A stretch of 64,000 nt of DNA. Origin: Vulcanimicrobiota bacterium. Lineage in GTDB: Bacteria; Vulcanimicrobiota; Vulcanimicrobiia; Vulcanimicrobiales; Vulcanimicrobiaceae. The stretch lies in assembly GCA_963733295.1 (NCBI GenBank), contig CAVTCS010000003.1:2816001-2880000 (forward strand), in the 5' to 3' direction. Position numbers and translations under genes: made by a program. The notes below the pieces were generated by a model. It searched no databases, was not told the DNA's origin, and worked only from the letters and a program-made list of their open reading frames with translations. The stretch's first letter is position 1. Each line of letters opens with the position of its first letter. Shown piece by piece: positions 60,260 to 64,000 of the stretch.

Positions 60260-60849
60260 ACGGTACGACGCGCCGCACTTTCCGTGAAATGCTCGACGAC
60301 CGGGCGGGCCTGCTCGATGCAGATCGCTACGAAGCAGTCGTCGATCGGATCGCGCGGACGCTGACCGCCGCCTTCAATGCCGGCCGCAAGGTCCTGTGGA
60401 TGGGCAACGGCGGAAGCGCCGCCGACGCGCAGCATCTCGCCGCCGAGTTCAGCGGCCGCTTCTTGCGCGAGCGCCGCGCCCTGCCCTCCGAAGCGCTCTC
60501 GGTCAACACCTCCGCGCTGACCGCGATCGCGAACGACTACGGCTACGAGCGCGTGTTCGCGCGTCAGGTCGAAGCCTTCGTGCAGAAGGGTGACGTCGTC
60601 GTCGGCATCTCGACCACCGGAAACTCGAAGAACGTCGTGCTCGCGCTCGAAGAAGCCAAGCGCCGGGGTGCGACCACGATCGTCTTCTCGGGAAATGGCG
60701 GTGGACGCGCCGCCGAAGTGGCCGACATCGCGCTGATCGGGCCCGACGGTTACTCCGCACTCGTTCAGGAAGTCCACATCACACTCGGGCATATCGTCTG
60801 CGACCTGGTCGAACAAGCGCTGTTCGCGGAGCGCGACGCTGCGCTTTAA
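60256..60849 (+). CDS. gmhA: Phosphoheptose isomerase
   Basis: GNGGSAADAQH, TAIANDYG, STTGNS, QEVH. Confidence 0.93.
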   Translation: MNGTTRRTFREMLDDRAGLLDADRYEAVVDRIARTLTAAFNAGRKVLWMGNGGSAADAQHLAAEFSGRFLRERRALPSEALSVNTSALTAIANDYGYERVFARQVEAFVQKGDVVVGISTTGNSKNVVLALEEAKRRGATTIVFSGNGGGRAAEVADIALIGPDGYSALVQEVHITLGHIVCDLVEQALFAERDAAL

Positions 60850-61366
60850 GCCTGCGGCGTTTCTCGACCGGGACGGAACGCTCATGGAGGATTCCGGTTT
60901 CATCGGCGACCCCGATCGCATCCGCCTGCTCGACGGCGTCGCGGAAGCGTTGCAGCTGCTCGGTGCGGCCGGTCTCGAGCGGATCGTGGTTACGAACCAG
61001 AGCGGCGTCGCGCGCGGATTCTTCGAGGAGCCCGACGTGGTGCGCGTCAACCGCGCGCTGCAGCAGCAGTTGGAGCATGCAGGGGCCGGAATCGAAGCCT
61101 TCTATTTTTGCTCGCACTTAGAAGGCTGCGATTGCCGCAAGCCGCTGGCGGGAATGGTGCACCGGGCGGTCGCCGAGCGCGTCCTCGATCTGGCGCGCAG
61201 CGTCGTCTTCGGCGATCGCGCGGGCGACATGCTGATGGCGCAGGCTGCGGGCGTGCCCGGCATCCTCGTGAACCCGTACGGGGTCTACGACGGACCCGAA
61301 CCACTCTACCGCGCAACGTCGCTGCTCGAGGGCGTCCGCTTCTTCTTAGAGCGCGTGCATGCCTGA
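60839..61366 (+). CDS. gmhB: Heptose-1,7-bisphosphate phosphatase (probable CTG start)
   Basis: AAFLDRDGTL upstream of first ATG, TNQSG, CSH...CDCRKP, GD. Confidence 0.9.
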   Translation: MRFKPAAFLDRDGTLMEDSGFIGDPDRIRLLDGVAEALQLLGAAGLERIVVTNQSGVARGFFEEPDVVRVNRALQQQLEHAGAGIEAFYFCSHLEGCDCRKPLAGMVHRAVAERVLDLARSVVFGDRAGDMLMAQAAGVPGILVNPYGVYDGPEPLYRATSLLEGVRFFLERVHA

Positions 61367-62339
61367 AGCGCTCGCGACCTCCGGAGCGCGCGCGCTTTTC
61401 GAGCGCATGTCGAAAAAACGCGTGCTCGTCGTCGGCGACATCATGCTCGACGAGTGGGTCTGGGGCCGCGTCTCGCGCATCTCGCCCGAAGCACCCGTAC
61501 CGGTCGTCGCCGTCGACGATCACTCGTTCACGCTCGGCGGCGCGGGCAACGTCGCCAACAACCTGCGGGCGATCGGTGCGGAGGTGAGCTTCGCCGGCGC
61601 GATCGGCGGCGACGCGGAAGGCCGGCGCGTGTGCGAGCTGCTCGACCAAATCGGTGTCGAGCGTTCCGGCGTCGTGACGCTCGAGGACCGGCCGACCACG
61701 CGCAAGACGCGCATCGTCGCGCACAACCAGCAGGTCGTGCGCGCCGATTGGGAGTCGACGCTCAGCCTCGGGGCGCCCGACCGCGTGCGACTCGCGGCGC
61801 TGGTGGCACGCTCGGCGGCCGAACACGACGCGGTCGTGCTTTCCGATTATGCCAAGGGACTCTTCTCGCGCGATTTGGTCGAGGCGGCCGGCGCTTGCGA
61901 GGTGGTGACCGCGGATCCCAAGCCGCGCAACATCGGACTCTTCGCCGGCGTGACCTGCGTCGCGCCGAATGCCGCCGAAGCGGCCGATGCGACCGGCATC
62001 GCGATCAAGGACGACGCATCGCTGGATCGAGCCGGGACGGCGCTGCTCGAACGGCTCGGCTGCAAGTACGTGGTCGTGACGCGCGGCGAGAAAGGCATGG
62101 CGCTCTTCGGCGCGGACGGCGAGCGGATGCGCATTCCATCGGTTGCGCGAACGGTTTTCGACGTCAGCGGCGCGGGCGACACCGTGATCGCCGTGCTGAC
62201 GCTCGCGCTCAGCGCGGGCGCGTCGATTGGGCTCGCGGTGCAGCTGGCGAACTTCGCGGCGGGCGCCGTCGTCGGAAAGCTCGGTACGGCGACGGCGTCG
62301 CCGGGTGAGATTCTCGCGCTCGTCGCCGCGGATGAGTGA
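61359..62339 (+). CDS. rfaE1: Heptose-7-phosphate kinase (RfaE domain I)
   Basis: RISPEAPVPV, GGAGNVA, SDYAKG, DVSGAGDT. Confidence 0.92.
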   Translation: MPEALATSGARALFERMSKKRVLVVGDIMLDEWVWGRVSRISPEAPVPVVAVDDHSFTLGGAGNVANNLRAIGAEVSFAGAIGGDAEGRRVCELLDQIGVERSGVVTLEDRPTTRKTRIVAHNQQVVRADWESTLSLGAPDRVRLAALVARSAAEHDAVVLSDYAKGLFSRDLVEAAGACEVVTADPKPRNIGLFAGVTCVAPNAAEAADATGIAIKDDASLDRAGTALLERLGCKYVVVTRGEKGMALFGADGERMRIPSVARTVFDVSGAGDTVIAVLTLALSAGASIGLAVQLANFAAGAVVGKLGTATASPGEILALVAADE

Positions 62340-62832
62340 GCTCGCGGGCGGCCGCATCCTCGAGACGAATGCGGCGTGCGAATGGCGCGAGGAGTTGCGG
62401 GGGCGCAAGCTCCGCGTCGTCTTCACCAACGGCGTTTTCGATCTGCTTCACGCGGGACACGTCGCGTATCTCGAATGGGCCCGCGCGCAGGGCGATGCCT
62501 TGATCGTCGGCTTGAATCGCGACGAGTCGGTGCGCGCGCTCAAAGGCGCGCAGCGGCCGCTCGTCCCATTCGCCGATCGCGCCGCCGTGCTCGCCGGGCT
62601 GCGCGCCGTCGACGCGGTCGTCGGGTTCGCGGAGCGGACGCCCGAGGCGCTCTTGGATCGCTTACGGCCGGACGTGCACGTCAAGAGCGCGCAGTACCGC
62701 ATCGAAGATCTGCCGGAACGCGAGGTCGTCGCGAGCTACGGCGGCGAGATCCGGCTCGCACCGCACCTCGCCGGACACAGTACGACCGACCTCGTCGCTG
62801 AGATCGAGCGTAGGTACGGGCCGGGGAACTAA
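62332..62832 (+). CDS. rfaE2: Heptose-1-phosphate adenylyltransferase (RfaE domain II)
   Basis: FTNGVFDLLHAGH, GHSTT. Confidence 0.92.
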   Translation: MSELAGGRILETNAACEWREELRGRKLRVVFTNGVFDLLHAGHVAYLEWARAQGDALIVGLNRDESVRALKGAQRPLVPFADRAAVLAGLRAVDAVVGFAERTPEALLDRLRPDVHVKSAQYRIEDLPEREVVASYGGEIRLAPHLAGHSTTDLVAEIERRYGPGN

Positions 62833-62837
62833 ACGGC

Positions 62838-64000
62838 GTGCGCATCGCAATCACGAGCAACGGTCCGGGTGAATTCGCCGGCTGGGTGCGCCCGCTGGTC
62901 GCAGCGCTGCTGCGCTTAGCGCCCGAAACGGAAGTGACGCTGTTCTTCGTGCCCGACGACTTCGCGACCGGTCGCGAGCCGCAAGCGGCGCTCGCGCTCT
63001 TCCCGCGGGCCGGCATCGTGACGCAAGGCGAGTACGTTCGCTTCGCGCTCGGGGGCAGCGCCGCCGGCGCGCCGGAGTCGGTCGACGTCGTGCAATATCT
63101 CGGCGGCGATCTCATGCACGCCGCGCGCGTCAGCCGCCGGCTCGGCGGCAGAGCCAGCACGTACAAGTTCTCGCGCCCGCGCTATCGCGAACTGTTCGAT
63201 CCCGTTTTTGCGGTCGACGAGGCCAACGCTTTGCAACTCGAGCGCTGGCGCACGCCGCCGGAGCGCGTCAAGGTCGTCGGCAATCTGGCCGTCGACGGCG
63301 CGCTCGGCGAACGGGACGGAGAATTCCGTAAGCCCGGCGACGCCGACGACGCGCGGGTCGTGCCGGGCGGCGTGCTCTTCATGCCGGGAACGCGGCGTCA
63401 CGAAGTCGCGCAGATGTTTCCGTTTTTTCTGGCAGCGGCGAAGCGCTTGCAGGCGATCGCGCCGGAACTGCCGGTCGCATTCGCAGCCTCGCCCTTCACC
63501 GCCGATGACGAAATCGACGAGGCGCTTGCGGAAGGTGGCCTCGAGCGATTTTGGGGCGAGCGAGGCCGAGTCGTCGAGCGAGCCGGCGGACCGGCCTTGC
63601 AAGCCGAGGGAAGCGAGACGGCTTATCCTCTCGTGCGCGAGGCGATGCGCTACGCGCCCCATGCAAAACTCGTGGTGACGCTTCCCGGAACGAAGTGCAT
63701 CGAGTTGGCGGCGGTCGGCGCCCCGGCGATCGTCTGCACTCCGACGAACGTTCCCGAGCGCGTGGTCATCAACGGGCCGATGCAGTACGTCGACCGCATT
63801 CCATTTCTCGGCGATCCGCTCAAACGCGCGCTGGTGATGGCTGTCGACGCGCGCTTTCCCTTCGCGGCGCAGCCGAACATGGACGCCGGCGAAGAGTTGA
63901 TGCCGGAACTGCGCGGCACGTTGATGCCGGGTCAGGTCGCGAAGCGGATCGCCGCTTACGCAGCCGACGACGCGGCGCGCGCTACGGCAAGCGCGCGCTT
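62838..64000 (+). CDS. LpxB-like GT-B glycosyltransferase (runs off the window)
   Basis: MRIAITSNGPGE..GWVRP, YLGGD, VVGNL, FMPGTR, TLPGT; not in the ORF track because no stop occurs in the window. Confidence 0.65.
   Translation, partial: MRIAITSNGPGEFAGWVRPLVAALLRLAPETEVTLFFVPDDFATGREPQAALALFPRAGIVTQGEYVRFALGGSAAGAPESVDVVQYLGGDLMHAARVSRRLGGRASTYKFSRPRYRELFDPVFAVDEANALQLERWRTPPERVKVVGNLAVDGALGERDGEFRKPGDADDARVVPGGVLFMPGTRRHEVAQMFPFFLAAAKRLQAIAPELPVAFAASPFTADDEIDEALAEGGLERFWGERGRVVERAGGPALQAEGSETAYPLVREAMRYAPHAKLVVTLPGTKCIELAAVGAPAIVCTPTNVPERVVINGPMQYVDRIPFLGDPLKRALVMAVDARFPFAAQPNMDAGEELMPELRGTLMPGQVAKRIAAYAADDAARATASAR

Overview
High-GC bacterial chromosome segment spanning the replication origin. 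Left of the origin, on the minus strand: dnaA-dnaN-recF-dciA-gyrB, then a TamB-BamA-Skp outer-membrane cluster. Right of the origin: rpmH-rnpA-yidD-yidC-khpB-mnmE-mnmG-rsmG-cca-(parS)-parA-parB, thiED, trpS, a minus-strand block (rpmA-obg-nadD-lysA-maf-mreBCD-mrdA), fabF-rnc-smc-purH, an accessory stretch at about 49-58.5 kb (CsgG-like protein, S41 peptidase, VOC enzyme, cyclase-STAND-TPR, AraC, cytochrome P460-family protein, permease), and hisS-accB-ADP-heptose genes. Firmicute-like core genes together with outer-membrane/LPS genes suggest a diderm Terrabacterium, possibly Eremiobacterota (inference only). No rRNA, tRNA, CRISPR, transposase or integrase was recognised. Most notable: (1) a ~165-nt rod-like hairpin between rpmH and rnpA that folds well only on the antisense strand; (2) an MreB with an actin-like Gln (QAV) in place of the catalytic Glu; (3) a cyclase-STAND gene bracketed by two copies of the VOC gene 3' end, resembling an integrase-less insertion; (4) conserved genes that appear to need CTG or other non-canonical starts; (5) a leader ORF coinciding with a long hairpin upstream of fabF. 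All alignments and folds were done by eye.
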